Source: Rhodospirillaceae bacterium (GTDB lineage: Bacteria > Pseudomonadota > Alphaproteobacteria > MPNO01 > UBA2964). From it: DNA of 64,000 nt. Shown here one piece after another: positions 19,724 to 31,928 of the stretch. The stretch's first letter is position 1. Every line of letters starts with the position of its first letter. The stretch spans positions 169,693-233,692 of the forward strand of contig PAPV01000013.1 in NCBI GenBank assembly GCA_002709075.1, given 5' to 3'. The translations under genes and the position numbers were made by a program. The notes beneath the pieces were generated by a model. The model did no database searches. It saw only the letters and a list, made by a program, of their open reading frames with translations, and was not told the DNA's origin.

Positions 19724-20440
19724 ATGGAAAAAGAAGTGTTGTCCTCTGCAATATTATCAGGATCGGTTTCTAATGATATGTCAGTTTGGGGATTATTTCT
19801 TCAGGCTGATATGGTAGTGAAGGTGGTGTTAATTCTTCTGATCATCGCATCGTTGTGGAGTTGGGCTATTATTTTTGAGAAGACTTTAAGGCTTAGAAAA
19901 TTATGGTCGCGAGCTGATTCATTTGAAGAAGTATTTTGGTCTGGTGGCTCTCTTGATGATCTTTTTGATCGTACGTCAAAACGCCCAGCCGACCCAATGT
20001 CTTCCATTTTTAATGCTGCGATGAGAGAATGGCGAAGATCTTCTTCCCGTGCAATCACCGATAATGCGGGACTTGCACAGCGCATAGAGCGGGTGATGTA
20101 TGTTACCCTTGGTAGGGAGATGGATAATGCTGAAAAGCATATGACTTTCCTGGCGTCGGTTGGGTCAACCGCTCCATTCATTGGTTTATTTGGAACGGTT
20201 TGGGGAATAATGGATAGTTTTCAGGCAATCGCTATGACTAAAGACACCTCTCTCGCTGTAGTTGCACCGGGTATAGCTGAGGCTTTATTTGCCACAGCGC
20301 TTGGTCTTGTGGCTGCTATCCCAGCTGTTCTTGCGTATAATAAATTCTCCAATGAATTTGGACGTTATTCTGCGCGGTTAGAAGCATTTTCGAGCGAGTT
20401 TGGTGCTATTATTTCCCGTCAGCTAGAAGAAAACACGTAA
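19724..20440 (+). CDS. tolQ: TolQ
   Basis: LASVGSTAPFIGLFGTVWGIM; VAPGIAEALFATA. Confidence 0.95.
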   Translation: MEKEVLSSAILSGSVSNDMSVWGLFLQADMVVKVVLILLIIASLWSWAIIFEKTLRLRKLWSRADSFEEVFWSGGSLDDLFDRTSKRPADPMSSIFNAAMREWRRSSSRAITDNAGLAQRIERVMYVTLGREMDNAEKHMTFLASVGSTAPFIGLFGTVWGIMDSFQAIAMTKDTSLAVVAPGIAEALFATALGLVAAIPAVLAYNKFSNEFGRYSARLEAFSSEFGAIISRQLEENT

Positions 20441-20442
20441 CG

Positions 20443-20895
20443 ATGGCATTTGTTCTTCCACCAGAAAATTCTCGTGCAGTAAGTTCAAGACGTCGCAAAA
20501 GGCCGCCTATGAGCGAAATAAATGTTACGCCTTTTGTTGATGTCATGCTGGTGCTTCTGATAGTTTTTATGGTCACAGCACCTCTCTTGACAGTAGGTGT
20601 ACCAGTCGATCTGCCCACAAGTTCGGCAAAACAGATTGGGGGCAATGATGAGCCATTGGTGGTAACTGTAAATAGTGATGGTAAAATTTTCTTACAGGAT
20701 ACTAGCCTTCGAGTCGATCAACTGATTCCTCGGCTTTCTGCAATCATGGAAAATAGGAAGAACACACGCATTTTTCTTCGTGGGGATAAAAGGATTTCTT
20801 ATGGTAAGATCATGGTTGTTATGGGTGCCCTCAATCAGGCGGGATTTCGACGCGTAGCGCTTATAACAGAAACTAAAGTACCCGTTTCTCGTTAA
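20443..20895 (+). CDS. tolR: TolR
   Basis: MSEINVTPFVDVMLVLLIVFMVTAP. Confidence 0.95.
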   Translation: MAFVLPPENSRAVSSRRRKRPPMSEINVTPFVDVMLVLLIVFMVTAPLLTVGVPVDLPTSSAKQIGGNDEPLVVTVNSDGKIFLQDTSLRVDQLIPRLSAIMENRKNTRIFLRGDKRISYGKIMVVMGALNQAGFRRVALITETKVPVSR

Positions 20896-20916
20896 AGTGG
20901 CAGAGAATGGTGATTT

Positions 20917-21768
20917 ATGCATCGAGCGTTAGTTTATTCAATAACTTTTCATTCGGTGGTTGTTTTCATCGCATGGATTGGTGTTCCTGCACTTTTAAGT
21001 CCACCGCAAGTTATTTCAAACAATATTCCAGTAGAATTAGTATCTATGAGTGATATAAAACCGCCCAAAACTCGACCAAAATCAAACCCGGCAATTAAAC
21101 AAAAACGTGTGATGCCTCAAATAAAAAAAACGGCTTCGATCCAATCTTCATCAAGCGAAATCAAAATTCCCAGTCCCCCGCCAAAAAAACCTAAATTGAA
21201 GCCCAAATTAAAAACTGAAATAAAGCGTAAGAAATTTCGAAGAGCACCGCCTCAACCAAAACGAAAACCAAAGGTAGATAGCCGACCTAGCAAGAAGGTC
21301 AAAAAGAGAGAGGATAGACTTGCATCAATATTGAAAAATCTTGCATTAGCAAAGAAGAATGCGCAAAATTCACGGCAGTCAAAGCAAATTTCTAAACCTG
21401 AAATCAGTCATAGCAATAAAAAAAACGTATTTTCCATAGATAGAAGAAGACAAACTACGGAGCTGGCATTAAAAGTAAAGGATCAACTGACTCCGTGTTG
21501 GAATATACCCGCTGGTGCAAAGGGGTTACAAAATATGAAGGTTATATTGCGTATTAGGCTGAATCCAGATGGATCATTGCGTGCGGCACCAAATGTGTTG
21601 GATCGTTCTAGAATGACAAAAGATTCTTTCTTCAGGGCCGTTGCTGAGAGTGCGGTACGCTCCTTGCAGCACCCACGCTGTATGCCACTTCAGTTGCCTT
21701 TGACCCAATATGATTTGTGGAAGGATATCACCTTTAACTTTGATCCAAGTGAAGCTCTCGGCCAATAG
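20917..21768 (+). CDS. tolA: TolA
   Basis: N-terminal S-x3-H TM helix, Lys/Pro-rich linker, C-terminal CWNIPAG...W...TFNFDP; lies between tolR and tolB. Confidence 0.85.
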   Translation: MHRALVYSITFHSVVVFIAWIGVPALLSPPQVISNNIPVELVSMSDIKPPKTRPKSNPAIKQKRVMPQIKKTASIQSSSSEIKIPSPPPKKPKLKPKLKTEIKRKKFRRAPPQPKRKPKVDSRPSKKVKKREDRLASILKNLALAKKNAQNSRQSKQISKPEISHSNKKNVFSIDRRRQTTELALKVKDQLTPCWNIPAGAKGLQNMKVILRIRLNPDGSLRAAPNVLDRSRMTKDSFFRAVAESAVRSLQHPRCMPLQLPLTQYDLWKDITFNFDPSEALGQ

Positions 21769-21778
21769 GACATGTCAG

Positions 21779-23116
21779 ATGATATTACTTAAAATGTTCC
21801 GTAAATTATTGCAGCTCGTTTTCTTTTGCGTTGTTGTAACTTTTTTTATTAAACCAATAGCAGCGCAATTGCGAGTAGATATCACTAGCGGCAATCCACA
21901 ACCTTTACCTATTGCGGTGGCCGAATTTTTTGGCTCTGGACCGGAGACCGAAGTACTTGCAAAGAAAATCACCGAGGTGATTTCGAGTGATCTGGAGAGA
22001 TCTGGCTTGTTTCGCCTTATCAAACGCAAGGCTTTTATTCAGGACAGAAGTTCATTACGCGTGCGACCACAGTTTCCTTCGTGGCGACAAATAAACGCAC
22101 AGGCTCTGTTAGTTGGTAGTGCAAAAACACAGCCAAGTGGGCAAATAAGAGTAGATTTTCGTCTTTGGGACGTGTTTTCAGCACAACAGTTGATTGGCAG
22201 AAGATTGGAAACTGACCCTGCTAATTGGCGTCGCATAGCCCACATCATTGCGGACGTAATTTACAAGAGGATTACTGGAGAAAACGGGTACTTTGATACT
22301 CGTGTCGTTTACATTGCCGAAACCGGCCCCGCACAGAAACGTATCAAACGCCTTGCGATAATGGATCAGGACGGTGCAAATTTAAGGTATTTAACAAATG
22401 GCAAATCTTTAGTTCTTACACCTAGATTTTCGCCGACGGCGCAAGAAATCACCTATTTAGCCTATGAAAACGATCTCCCTAGAGTTTATGTATATAATAT
22501 TGACACTGGACAGCAAGAACTTTTGGGTGACTTTCCCGGGATGAGCTTTGCTCCGAGATTCTCACCAGATGGAAATGAAGTCATAATGTCGGTGGCGCGT
22601 GATGGAAATTCTGATATTTTTACTATGGATTTGCGAACAAGAGAAATGCGTAGACTAACACGTCACCCAGCTATAGATACATCACCATCTTTTTCCCCAA
22701 GTGGTAAAAACGTCGTGTTTAACTCTGATCGAGGCGGCGAACAACAATTATATGTTATGAATACTATTGAGAGGAAAGCAAAGAGAATAAGCTTTGGCTC
22801 GGGCCGCTACGCAACACCAGTATGGTCACCCAGAGGAGATCTTATAGCTTTTACAAAAATAAGTGGAGGATCTTTTGCTATAGGAGTAATGCGTCCTGAT
22901 GGATCTGGTGAAAGACTTCTTGCTCGCGGTTTTTTGACAGAGGGTCCCACTTGGGCACCTAATGGCAGAGTGTTAATGTTTTTTAGGAAAAATCGAGGTC
23001 GATCGGGTCGCACTCAACCCAGACTCTTTTCGATTGATTTAACAGGATTTAATGAAAGAGAAATTCCAACTCCGACATCTGCATCAGACCCTGCTTGGTC
23101 TCCATCAAAACCTTAG
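21779..23116 (+). CDS. tolB: TolB beta-propeller protein
   Basis: Signal peptide; [17 protein letters not shown] and repeated P.FSP/P.WSP; start moved to ATG 21779 after AGGA. Confidence 0.95.
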   Translation: MILLKMFRKLLQLVFFCVVVTFFIKPIAAQLRVDITSGNPQPLPIAVAEFFGSGPETEVLAKKITEVISSDLERSGLFRLIKRKAFIQDRSSLRVRPQFPSWRQINAQALLVGSAKTQPSGQIRVDFRLWDVFSAQQLIGRRLETDPANWRRIAHIIADVIYKRITGENGYFDTRVVYIAETGPAQKRIKRLAIMDQDGANLRYLTNGKSLVLTPRFSPTAQEITYLAYENDLPRVYVYNIDTGQQELLGDFPGMSFAPRFSPDGNEVIMSVARDGNSDIFTMDLRTREMRRLTRHPAIDTSPSFSPSGKNVVFNSDRGGEQQLYVMNTIERKAKRISFGSGRYATPVWSPRGDLIAFTKISGGSFAIGVMRPDGSGERLLARGFLTEGPTWAPNGRVLMFFRKNRGRSGRTQPRLFSIDLTGFNEREIPTPTSASDPAWSPSKP

Positions 23117-23249
23117 AACTTTTTGTTTTTTTAATTACAAATTTAAATTTAGGGATTAAAATCTTGCTTGATGTCTTAAGAAGGAAAGTTAGGGTAAGGA
23201 AATTTGATTTATAGTTGATTCCAATACAAATCGTAAAAGGACATATCTC

Positions 23250-23789
23250 ATGCATTTAAAATTAATTTTGATGATTATTACAGGGATTGCCTTGTTGGGT
23301 TGTGAGACAACACCGCAAACTTCAGGGACTTACACGGGAACTGGATCTGTGTCAGATTCGGGGGGTGGCGGAAAGGACTCTTCGATAAGTTCTTCGGATT
23401 TGGCATCAGCAATCCAAGGCAAACGTCTTGGCTTGGGGTCTCAGGAAGATCTTGTGGTTAATATTGGCGACAGAGTATTTTTTGAGACTGATAGTTTCCA
23501 ACTGTCACAGGCAGCCCGTCGAATAGTCGAAAAACAGGCCAAATGGATAAAGCGGTACCCATCTGTTAAAATGAGTATTGAAGGTCACGCGGATGAACGT
23601 GGTACGCGTGAATACAATTTGGCACTCGGTGAACGGAGGGCAACTGCTGTAAGAGACTATCTGATTGCATTGGGAATAAATCCCAACAGAGTTCGCACAA
23701 TTAGTTTTGGTAAAGAGAGGCCAGTTGATGCTCGGTCAGTACCGGAAGCATGGTCAAAGAATCGTAGAAGCGTCTCCATTGTTAAATAA
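23250..23789 (+). CDS. pal: Peptidoglycan-associated lipoprotein Pal
   Basis: Lipobox LLGC; EGHADERGTREYNLALGERRA. Confidence 0.96.
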   Translation: MHLKLILMIITGIALLGCETTPQTSGTYTGTGSVSDSGGGGKDSSISSSDLASAIQGKRLGLGSQEDLVVNIGDRVFFETDSFQLSQAARRIVEKQAKWIKRYPSVKMSIEGHADERGTREYNLALGERRATAVRDYLIALGINPNRVRTISFGKERPVDARSVPEAWSKNRRSVSIVK

Positions 23790-23836
23790 TTTTCAAGCTT
23801 GTAGAAATTTTAACTCCCTCTGATAGGTAGATTTAA

Positions 23837-24673
23837 ATGAGGTCATTTTGGTTGTTTTCATTTATTCTGAGTACATCAATTACCATGATATTCTATAATG
23901 GAAGTGCCAACGCACAATCTGGTAATGCAATGCAGGCTACTCAAGTTAGGCAAGGTGAAAGAATTGATCAGCTTGAAAATGAAATCCGGCGCCTTACGGG
24001 TCAGAACGAGGCTTTAATCCACAAGATTGATAAAATCTCTAAAACCTTAAAATCTGTGACGGACCAACTGACAAGTGCAACAAAAAAAGAAGATCAAAAA
24101 TCAGACAATGTGCAAGAAGCCATCGGTTTTGATTTAGACCCCCAAGAAAAACCTAGAAAGACCATTTTGAGTGCCGGTGAGAATCAGGTCGAAAGTACGA
24201 CTCCAGTGATTAATAAGTCAGATTCAAGGAGGCTTGCTATCCAAACAAAAAAATCAGATTCCTATTCTGAGGTGAGACAAGAGGTTCCCCCCGAAAAACT
24301 TTACAAACAAGCTCAAGATCTGATTTTGAAGTCGCAGAAATTTTCTCAAGCACAGGCAATATTAAATAAATTTATCCAAAAGTATAAGACACATCCACTA
24401 ACCCCCAATGCGTATTATTGGTTGGGGCGCACTCATTTTGTCATGAACGATTTCCAAAATGCAGCTTTCGCATTCGCCGAAGGATTTAAAAAGTTTAGAA
24501 AATCTGAAAAAGCACCGGCAAATTTACTAAATCTTGGTATGGCACTAGCAAGTTTAGGAAGCAAGAAGGAGGCTTGTGAAGCTTGGACGCAACTCACAAA
24601 ATCCTACCCCAAGGCACCTGCGTCAGTGAAACGCAGGGTGGGCAGAGAGCAGCGTCGAGAAAAATGCACATAG
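23837..24673 (+). CDS. cpoB: Tol-pal protein YbgF/CpoB (coiled coil + TPR)
   Basis: Signal peptide, N-terminal coiled coil, NAYYWLG TPR; follows pal. Confidence 0.88.
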   Translation: MRSFWLFSFILSTSITMIFYNGSANAQSGNAMQATQVRQGERIDQLENEIRRLTGQNEALIHKIDKISKTLKSVTDQLTSATKKEDQKSDNVQEAIGFDLDPQEKPRKTILSAGENQVESTTPVINKSDSRRLAIQTKKSDSYSEVRQEVPPEKLYKQAQDLILKSQKFSQAQAILNKFIQKYKTHPLTPNAYYWLGRTHFVMNDFQNAAFAFAEGFKKFRKSEKAPANLLNLGMALASLGSKKEACEAWTQLTKSYPKAPASVKRRVGREQRREKCT

Positions 24674-24703
24674 ATTTACTATTGAGCCGATTGCACAATC
24701 CTC

Positions 24704-25996
24704 GTGCATAGCGTCGATAAAATATTTGAACGAGCCATGGTGAAGTTTGGCTCCTTTGAACCGCACCCTCACGTAGCGGTTGCATTTTCTGGTGGAGGAG
24801 ACAGCACTGCTCTTCTTCATTTACTAGTCAATTGGATTAACCGATGCGACGGCAAAGTTACTGCTTTAGTTGTCGATCATGGTTTGCGCGATGGGTCAGC
24901 AAAAGATGCAGGTCTTGCTAGAGATCATGCTATAAAGGCTGGTGTTACTTGCCATGTGCTGAATTGGCGCGGTCCGAAACCAACTAGTGCGATTCAGGCA
25001 TCTGCAAGAAAAGTTAGGTACCAACTCTTGGGAGATTGGTGTCTCAGGAATGGAGTGCTGCATCTTGCCCTAGGCCATCAGTTAGATGACCAAATGGAGA
25101 CTGTTTGCATGAGAGCCAGCCGTGGCAGCGGGCCCGATGGATTGGCAGGAATGACAGAACAGAGGGAAACAGAATGGGGCCGTATTGTAAGACCTCTATT
25201 GTCAGTAAATCGCTCTAAACTTCGCCACTTTTTAAAAAAAAGAAATATTTCATGGATAAACGACCCATCAAATGATGATCACACGTTTGAAAGAGTTCGG
25301 GTTCGCCAAGAGATAAAAAAAAGAAAATATTTTTCTCATGACTTGAATGCGAGGCGCACTTCAAGAAAATCTCTTGATTATGAAGCTGCTAAATTTCTTG
25401 CAGTTGGAGCAATGATATCGCCATTCGGATATGCGATGATTTGTTTGGATACCTTCAATGACGTATCCGTTGACGGCAAGCGACGAGTTATCAGCGGACT
25501 ATGTGCAACGATAGGTGGCCTTGAATACAACCCACGTCGGAAGTCTATAGATGCAGTTGTGGATTCAATAAATAAAAGAGAATTTGTAAGCCGTACACTA
25601 GGCGGTTGTATTTTTCTAAAGGTAACTGATGACATACTTATTGTACGTGAGGCAGAAAGGTGTCCGGTGGAGGGTTTCTTGGGTAAAAATATCCAAATTT
25701 GGGATAGAAGGTTTGTATTTAGTAAAACATCTGTAAGCGCTGGGATTTCTGTAGGACCTTTAATATTAGCTAAGTCTGAAATCTTTGGAGAAATACGACG
25801 AAGCTATCCCAACATCCGCAATGTTCCTGAAGTAGCTTTGAGAGCTCTTCCAGCTTTCTTCAAAGCGGATAAACTTCTTGCAGTACCGCATTTGCGCTAT
25901 GGTAGGTCTAGTCGGTATGGTAGGCTTTCAAGGGCACAAGTAGTTTTTAGGCCGAAACGATCTGCTTCTAATGCTCCGTTTACGGTTGTTAAATGA
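24704..25996 (+). CDS. tilS: tRNA(Ile)-lysidine synthetase
   Basis: SGGGDS PP-loop, VDHGLR, HQLDDQMET, RPLL and DPSN motifs. Confidence 0.93.
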   Translation: MHSVDKIFERAMVKFGSFEPHPHVAVAFSGGGDSTALLHLLVNWINRCDGKVTALVVDHGLRDGSAKDAGLARDHAIKAGVTCHVLNWRGPKPTSAIQASARKVRYQLLGDWCLRNGVLHLALGHQLDDQMETVCMRASRGSGPDGLAGMTEQRETEWGRIVRPLLSVNRSKLRHFLKKRNISWINDPSNDDHTFERVRVRQEIKKRKYFSHDLNARRTSRKSLDYEAAKFLAVGAMISPFGYAMICLDTFNDVSVDGKRRVISGLCATIGGLEYNPRRKSIDAVVDSINKREFVSRTLGGCIFLKVTDDILIVREAERCPVEGFLGKNIQIWDRRFVFSKTSVSAGISVGPLILAKSEIFGEIRRSYPNIRNVPEVALRALPAFFKADKLLAVPHLRYGRSSRYGRLSRAQVVFRPKRSASNAPFTVVK

Positions 25997-26066
25997 AGAA
26001 ATAGTACCATCTAATAAGAAGAATGATGTTAATACAAAGTAATATAGTCGGGTAGAGGATTTAATA

Positions 26067-28001
26067 GTGGGTAATTTAGGAAAAAATTTAGTGTTATGGG
26101 TTGTAATAGGTGCCCTTCTCATCGTGCTTTTCAATATGTTTCAACAGCCTACCGGCGGGGATGGCAGAATCGGTATACCATTTTCTGATTTTGTAGCAGA
26201 GGTTGGAAATGGTCAGGTGCGTGAAGTCACCATTCAGGGAAACAACATCGAGGGTACATACACCGATGGGCGAGGATTCCAAACCTACGCACCCAATGAC
26301 CCGGATCTTGTTCAGCGGCTGACTAACAAGGGTGTTGTTATTAAAGCGAAACCCGTAGATGACGGTTCCCCTAGTATACTGCAAATACTCATATCCTGGT
26401 TCCCAATGTTGTTGCTTATTGCAGTTTGGATATTTTTTATGAGGCAAATGCAATCCGGTGGCGGCAAGGCAATGGGATTTGGTAAGTCAAAGGCGAAACT
26501 TTTGACAGAAAAATCAGGCAGGGTCACCTTTGAAGACGTTGCAGGAATTGACGAGGCCAAAACCGAGCTTGAAGAAGTGGTTGAATTTCTGCGTGACCCA
26601 CAAAAATTTCAAAGGCTTGGTGGAAAAATTCCCAAAGGGGTTTTATTGGTGGGACCTCCTGGTACAGGAAAGACGTTGTTAGCTAGAGCTATAGCTGGTG
26701 AAGCAAATGTACCCTTTTTTACAATTTCCGGCTCGGATTTTGTGGAAATGTTTGTTGGAGTTGGCGCTAGCCGGGTTAGAGATATGTTTGAACAAGGAAA
26801 GAAAAATGCGCCATGTTTGGTATTCATCGATGAAATCGACGCTGTTGGTAGACATCGCGGAGCTGGATTAGGTGGGGGTAACGATGAACGTGAACAGACA
26901 CTGAACCAGCTTCTGGTTGAGATGGACGGTTTTGAGGCAAATGAGGGGGTAATTCTGATTGCCGCCACTAACAGACCAGATGTATTAGACCCAGCCTTGC
27001 TAAGGCCGGGAAGATTTGATCGTCAAGTCGTAGTTCCTAATCCAGATATTCTTGGCCGTGAGAAAATTCTTAAAGTTCACATGCGCAATGTTCCAGCAGC
27101 GCCAAACGTTGACCCGCGAACTATAGCCAGAGGTACCCCTGGGTTCTCCGGTGCTGATTTGGCAAATCTAGTAAATGAAGCAGCATTATTAGCTGCTAGG
27201 CGTGACAAGCGTCTGGTAACTATGGAAGAATTTGAAGATGCCAAAGATAAGGTTTTAATGGGCGCTGAACGCCGATCTATGGTGATGAGTGAGGAAGAAA
27301 AAGAATTAACCGCTTATCATGAAGCTGGTCATGCAATTGTAGGCTTGCATGTGCCGAAACATGATCCGCTGCACAAAGTTACCATAATCCCGCGAGGTCG
27401 AGCCCTTGGTGTTACAATGAACTTGCCGGAAAAAGACCAATTATCAATGTCGAAAACACAACTTACCTCACGTATTGCTTCAATGTTCGGCGGTCGTGTG
27501 GCTGAAGAAATGATTTTTGGAGAGGCTAACGTCACTACTGGCGCTAGTAATGATATTATGCAAGCAACCGGACTTGCTCGCCGAATGGTTACAGAATTCG
27601 GATTTAGTGAAAAATTAGGTCCTCTTCTGTATAGCGACAATCAGGAGGAAGTTTTTCTCGGCCACTCTGTTACTCAGCAAAAGAACAATTCCGATGCGAC
27701 TACAGAAATTATTGATCAGGAAGTTAGACGTATTGTTGAAGAAGGTGAAAAAACGGCCAAAGTCGTGCTGAAGGAATTTAGCGACGAATTAGAAATTTTG
27801 GCAAAGGCACTGTTAGAATACGAAACATTGTCGGGCGACGATGTTGAAGCGCTTCTAAAAGGAGAATCCATAGTTCGGCCCGCCGCAGATGATCTGCCTC
27901 CGGATCCGCGTGGTAAATCTTCAGTGCCCACTGCCGGCAAGAGAAAAAAACGGGGTGGTGATAGTGGATCAGGTATGGAACCTGAACCACAAGGCACTTA
28001 A
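26067..28001 (+). CDS. ftsH: ATP-dependent zinc metalloprotease FtsH
   Basis: Two TM helices, [17 protein letters not shown] and HEAGH. Confidence 0.98.
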   Translation: MGNLGKNLVLWVVIGALLIVLFNMFQQPTGGDGRIGIPFSDFVAEVGNGQVREVTIQGNNIEGTYTDGRGFQTYAPNDPDLVQRLTNKGVVIKAKPVDDGSPSILQILISWFPMLLLIAVWIFFMRQMQSGGGKAMGFGKSKAKLLTEKSGRVTFEDVAGIDEAKTELEEVVEFLRDPQKFQRLGGKIPKGVLLVGPPGTGKTLLARAIAGEANVPFFTISGSDFVEMFVGVGASRVRDMFEQGKKNAPCLVFIDEIDAVGRHRGAGLGGGNDEREQTLNQLLVEMDGFEANEGVILIAATNRPDVLDPALLRPGRFDRQVVVPNPDILGREKILKVHMRNVPAAPNVDPRTIARGTPGFSGADLANLVNEAALLAARRDKRLVTMEEFEDAKDKVLMGAERRSMVMSEEEKELTAYHEAGHAIVGLHVPKHDPLHKVTIIPRGRALGVTMNLPEKDQLSMSKTQLTSRIASMFGGRVAEEMIFGEANVTTGASNDIMQATGLARRMVTEFGFSEKLGPLLYSDNQEEVFLGHSVTQQKNNSDATTEIIDQEVRRIVEEGEKTAKVVLKEFSDELEILAKALLEYETLSGDDVEALLKGESIVRPAADDLPPDPRGKSSVPTAGKRKKRGGDSGSGMEPEPQGT

Positions 28002-28026
28002 TAGCTGAATAGCTTTATCTACCTTT

Positions 28027-29139
28027 GTGAAAACGCATTTTCTTCCATGTTTGCCTGAAAATTTTGATTTTCATGGTAATTATGAAGTGCCAGTTGTTAT
28101 TTTTCCAGCGCGATTGAGTCGGAGAAATAATTTAAGTGCGTGTGATATTTTACCATTGGTGGGTAGTAATATCGATTTTAGTCATCTTGAAATGTATATG
28201 GTAGAGAAGAATGGTAGTCTGTATTTTTGTCGGGCCACCCCTGGTCAAGCAGCAGAGTGGATGGCAAATCACGGGCTACAAAATTTATATGAAACCTTTC
28301 TTGGTCGCTTAACAAAAACCCGCAAACCATACGCAGGATTGCGACTCGATCAACCCCGCATCATGGGTATCATAAATGTAACTCCGGATAGTTTTTATGC
28401 TGCTAGCAGAGTGGAGTCGGTTTCTGCGGTGGATGTCGCTCTTAGAATGGTTGATGAGGGTGTAGACATCATAGATATTGGCGGTGAATCTACTCGGCCA
28501 AATAGCTCTCCCACTTCAATTCAAGAGGAATTTGACCGCGTTTTACCGGTAGTAGAACGTCTTAAAGATTGTGGTGCCGTAATTTCTGTCGATACTAGAA
28601 GAACGTCCTTAATGGATGCGGTTATTCAAGCAGGCGCAACAGTAATAAATGATGTAAATGGTCTGCGTGACGAGGGTGCTGTTGAACTTATTGCACAAAA
28701 TCCAAAGGTTTCAGCAGTCTTGATGCATTCAGTTGGGACGCCAAACACTATGCAAGATAGTCCATTCTATTTCAATACGAGATATCAGATTTTTTGCTAT
28801 CTTATGAACCGAGTTGATATTTGCGAAAAATTGGGTATCGCGAGAGAGAGGCTAGCAGTCGATCCCGGGTTTGGCTTTGGAAAATCTACTATGCATAATA
28901 TGGATATACTTCAACGTATTAGTGTGTTCCATGGGACTGGATGTGCGGTTTTATCGGGATTATCGAGAAAATCTTTTATAGGTGATCTAATTAATGAGGA
29001 AAATGTCAGTGCCCGTCTTCCAGCGACGATAGCCGCAACTGTAACTGCTCAATCCCAAGCTGTTCAATTGCATCGGGTTCACGATGTTAAGCAAGTAAAA
29101 CAAGCTTTGTTATTTAATCATCGCTTAATGTACGACTAA
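28027..29139 (+). CDS. folP: Dihydropteroate synthase with N-terminal extension
   Basis: MGIINVTPDSF, DIGGESTRP, DPGFGFGK, SRKSF and RVHDV motifs. Confidence 0.93.
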   Translation: MKTHFLPCLPENFDFHGNYEVPVVIFPARLSRRNNLSACDILPLVGSNIDFSHLEMYMVEKNGSLYFCRATPGQAAEWMANHGLQNLYETFLGRLTKTRKPYAGLRLDQPRIMGIINVTPDSFYAASRVESVSAVDVALRMVDEGVDIIDIGGESTRPNSSPTSIQEEFDRVLPVVERLKDCGAVISVDTRRTSLMDAVIQAGATVINDVNGLRDEGAVELIAQNPKVSAVLMHSVGTPNTMQDSPFYFNTRYQIFCYLMNRVDICEKLGIARERLAVDPGFGFGKSTMHNMDILQRISVFHGTGCAVLSGLSRKSFIGDLINEENVSARLPATIAATVTAQSQAVQLHRVHDVKQVKQALLFNHRLMYD

Positions 29140-29213
29140 GGATTGAATTATATCAGTGCTTGCTATTTTGACCAGTGACTGTTTAAAAGAATATGGTCTT
29201 AAAGGATTTCAGT

Positions 29214-30560
29214 ATGGTAAACAAATATTTTGGAACCGACGGTGTTCGAGGCACAGCTAACTGTTACCCTATGACTCCTGATATGGCTTTGAAGATTGGA
29301 ATGGCTGCAGGAAAGGTTTTTACCTGTGGTGACCATCGACATACCGTTGTAATTGGAAAAGATACTAGATTGTCGGGCTATATGTTTGAACCAGCACTAG
29401 TATCTGGGTTTGTGGGAATGGGGATGGATGTGATTCTGTTAGGTCCTTTGCCGACTCCAGCAGTTGCAATGATGACGCGCAGCCTTAGAGCAGATCTTGG
29501 GGTAATGATTTCAGCCTCGCACAATCAATATTCAGATAATGGAATTAAGTTTTTTGGCCCTGACGGATATAAATTATCCGATGAAAAAGAGCATGAGATT
29601 GAAGGGTTGATTGACGAGGGAGTGGAAAAGTGGCTTGTAGATCCATCTAAACTTGGTCGTGCCAAAAGATTAGAAGATGCGGAAGGCCGGTATATCGAAT
29701 TTGCAAAAAATACTTTCCCAAAGGGACTGAGACTTGATGGGCTCAAAATTGTAATTGATTGCGCCCACGGAGCTGCATACAAAGTAGCGCCGGCGGCACT
29801 TTGGGAGCTTGGTGCGGATGTGATTAAGGTTGGGGCTGCACCTGACGGATTCAATATTAATAGGGAATGCGGCAGTACCAATACTAAGTTGATGAAAGAG
29901 ACTGTCCTAGAGAACAATGCGGATATTGGTATTGCACTTGATGGGGATGCTGATCGAGTTGTGATAGCTAACGAAAAAGGAAAATTAGTTGATGGTGACC
30001 AGTTAATGGCAGTCATTGCAAGATCTTGGTCTGAATCAGGTCGTCTCCGAGGCTCTGGAGTGGTCGCAACAGTAATGTCCAATCTTGGGTTAGAAAAGTT
30101 TTTAGATAGGTTAGGTTTACGTTTGGTCAGGGCACAGGTTGGAGATCGTTATGTTGTAGAGTCAATGCTTGAGTCGATGATCAATGTTGGTGGAGAACAG
30201 TCAGGACACATTATATTGCATGATTATAATTCGACTGGTGACGGTTTGGTGGCTGCTCTTCAAACTTTGGCCGTTATTGTTAGTAAGAATGCTCCTGCAA
30301 GTGAGGTGTGTTCCGTATTTAAGCCTGTGCCACAAATTTTACGTAATGTTTATTTTGATGGTGTGGAGCCCCTTAAACAACCACAAGTTAAGAGAGCGAT
30401 AGAAATCGGTCGGAAGATGCTTGGAGCGAATGGCCGATTGCTTATACGTTTGTCCGGAACGGAACCAGTGCTTCGGATTATGGCAGAAGGTGAGGACAAA
30501 AATTTGGTAGGGGATGTTGTGGACAAAATTTCTGTTTCTGTCACCAGAGGAAAAAATTAG
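29214..30560 (+). CDS. glmM: Phosphoglucosamine mutase
   Basis: [21 protein letters not shown] and GGEQSGH motifs. Confidence 0.97.
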   Translation: MVNKYFGTDGVRGTANCYPMTPDMALKIGMAAGKVFTCGDHRHTVVIGKDTRLSGYMFEPALVSGFVGMGMDVILLGPLPTPAVAMMTRSLRADLGVMISASHNQYSDNGIKFFGPDGYKLSDEKEHEIEGLIDEGVEKWLVDPSKLGRAKRLEDAEGRYIEFAKNTFPKGLRLDGLKIVIDCAHGAAYKVAPAALWELGADVIKVGAAPDGFNINRECGSTNTKLMKETVLENNADIGIALDGDADRVVIANEKGKLVDGDQLMAVIARSWSESGRLRGSGVVATVMSNLGLEKFLDRLGLRLVRAQVGDRYVVESMLESMINVGGEQSGHIILHDYNSTGDGLVAALQTLAVIVSKNAPASEVCSVFKPVPQILRNVYFDGVEPLKQPQVKRAIEIGRKMLGANGRLLIRLSGTEPVLRIMAEGEDKNLVGDVVDKISVSVTRGKN

Positions 30561-30609
30561 TTAGCATGTGGGTTGATGTAATAGTCAAGAAAAATTTTGA
30601 GGTTTGTAT

Positions 30610-31410
30610 ATGCGTGGACGAGTTTTTATAATAGCAGGCTCTGATTCAGGTGGCGGAGCTGGTATACAAGCAGATATTAAAACAGTCAGCGCACTTGATG
30701 GTTTTGCGGCAACTGCGATAACCGCATTGACTGCTCAAAATACTCAGGGAGTGCATGGTGTTCACCCAGTGCCAACTCAATTCATTAAGAAACAGATTGA
30801 TGTAGTACTTTCAGATATTGGAGCAGACTGTATAAAAATTGGTATGTTGCATGATACACCTACTATAGAGACTGTTACGGAAGTCCTCAGGAGTACGGCT
30901 GCGGAAATTCCATTAGTTGTCGACCCTGTGATTACTGCCAAGGGAGGGGGACGCCTTTTAGCGGAGGACTCTATTTCGGCTTTACTTAAAGAGCTTGTCC
31001 CATTAGCAACATTGTTGACCCCAAATATTCCTGAGGCTGAAGCGCTTACTAACTTGCAGGCAACGGATGAACTCTCCCTTCAGAAAATGGGTGCAGAATT
31101 GTTATCAAAGGGGGCACATGCGGTTTTACTGAAAGGCGGTCATCTGCCCGGATCACTAATAAGCGATTACTTATTTACCTCGAAGGGAGTAAAAGAATAT
31201 CAGAATTCGCGCATTGACACGAATCATACTCATGGAACGGGCTGTACCCTCGCCTCAGCCATCGCGGCGGGGGTCGCGGTAGGCTTGAGTTTATTCGATG
31301 CTGTGGAAAGAGCGGAAAAATACTTGCAAAAAGCAATTATTAGTGCGCCAGGGTTTGGAGCCGGACATGGTCCAATAAATCATACCCACACGTTTGGAAG
31401 TAAGATTTAG
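30610..31410 (+). CDS. thiD: Hydroxymethylpyrimidine/phosphomethylpyrimidine kinase
   Basis: AGSDSGGGAGIQADIKT; HTHGTGCTLASA. Confidence 0.95.
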   Translation: MRGRVFIIAGSDSGGGAGIQADIKTVSALDGFAATAITALTAQNTQGVHGVHPVPTQFIKKQIDVVLSDIGADCIKIGMLHDTPTIETVTEVLRSTAAEIPLVVDPVITAKGGGRLLAEDSISALLKELVPLATLLTPNIPEAEALTNLQATDELSLQKMGAELLSKGAHAVLLKGGHLPGSLISDYLFTSKGVKEYQNSRIDTNHTHGTGCTLASAIAAGVAVGLSLFDAVERAEKYLQKAIISAPGFGAGHGPINHTHTFGSKI

Positions 31411-31457
31411 TTCTACAGAAACTCGCTTTATTTTTAAATATGCTTAAGTTAGGGCTC

Positions 31458-31919
31458 TTATTTGCCCTTATTTATGATACCTCGCAGAACTGCATGGTAT
31501 CCTTTCACAGCTTCCTCACCTGCCGCGAGATACGCGCGCGCAACTATTTCACGCTGTGTTTGAGTTAAACGGCGTTCGAGATCCTCTCCTTTTTCTGTGA
31601 GCTCCAGCAAGCGTTGTCTTCGGTCTCTGCTGCCTTGGCGTTGCATGATAAAATTTTCTTTTACTAGCTGACTGAGGACTCGTGATAAGCTTTGTTTGGT
31701 TATTCTTAATATAAAAAGTAGTTCTGATACATTGATGCCCGGATGACGTCCAACGAAATAAATTACACGATGATGGGCCCGACCGAATCCATACTCTGCA
31801 AGTATTGCATCCGGTTCTGCCGTGAAATCACGATAAGCGTAAAAAATTAGTTCTATACTCTGCCTTAACTCATCTTCAGTGAAGGAAAACGGTTTCGTAG
31901 TATGGTTTATGTCAGTCAT
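31458..31919 (-). CDS. MarR-family transcriptional regulator (PetP-like)
   Basis: FYAYRDFT, GFGRAHHR, ITKQSLSRVL and DRRQRLL motifs; start at MTDIN; divergent from ilvE. Confidence 0.9.
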   Translation of the reverse strand: MTDINHTTKPFSFTEDELRQSIELIFYAYRDFTAEPDAILAEYGFGRAHHRVIYFVGRHPGINVSELLFILRITKQSLSRVLSQLVKENFIMQRQGSRDRRQRLLELTEKGEDLERRLTQTQREIVARAYLAAGEEAVKGYHAVLRGIINKGK

Positions 31920-31928
31920 ATTGACATA
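31908..31928. promoter_or_regulatory. Putative MarR operator TATGTCA-N7-TGACATA
   Basis: Perfect 7-bp inverted repeat over the MarR start codon and a TTGACA -35 hexamer (31921-31926) facing ilvE. Confidence 0.6.

Noticed and set aside
30561-30609. TPP riboswitch upstream of thiD (or thiE)
   Set aside because: Spacers are too short (under 50 bp and about 20 bp) and lack the CTGAGA/ACCTG core.
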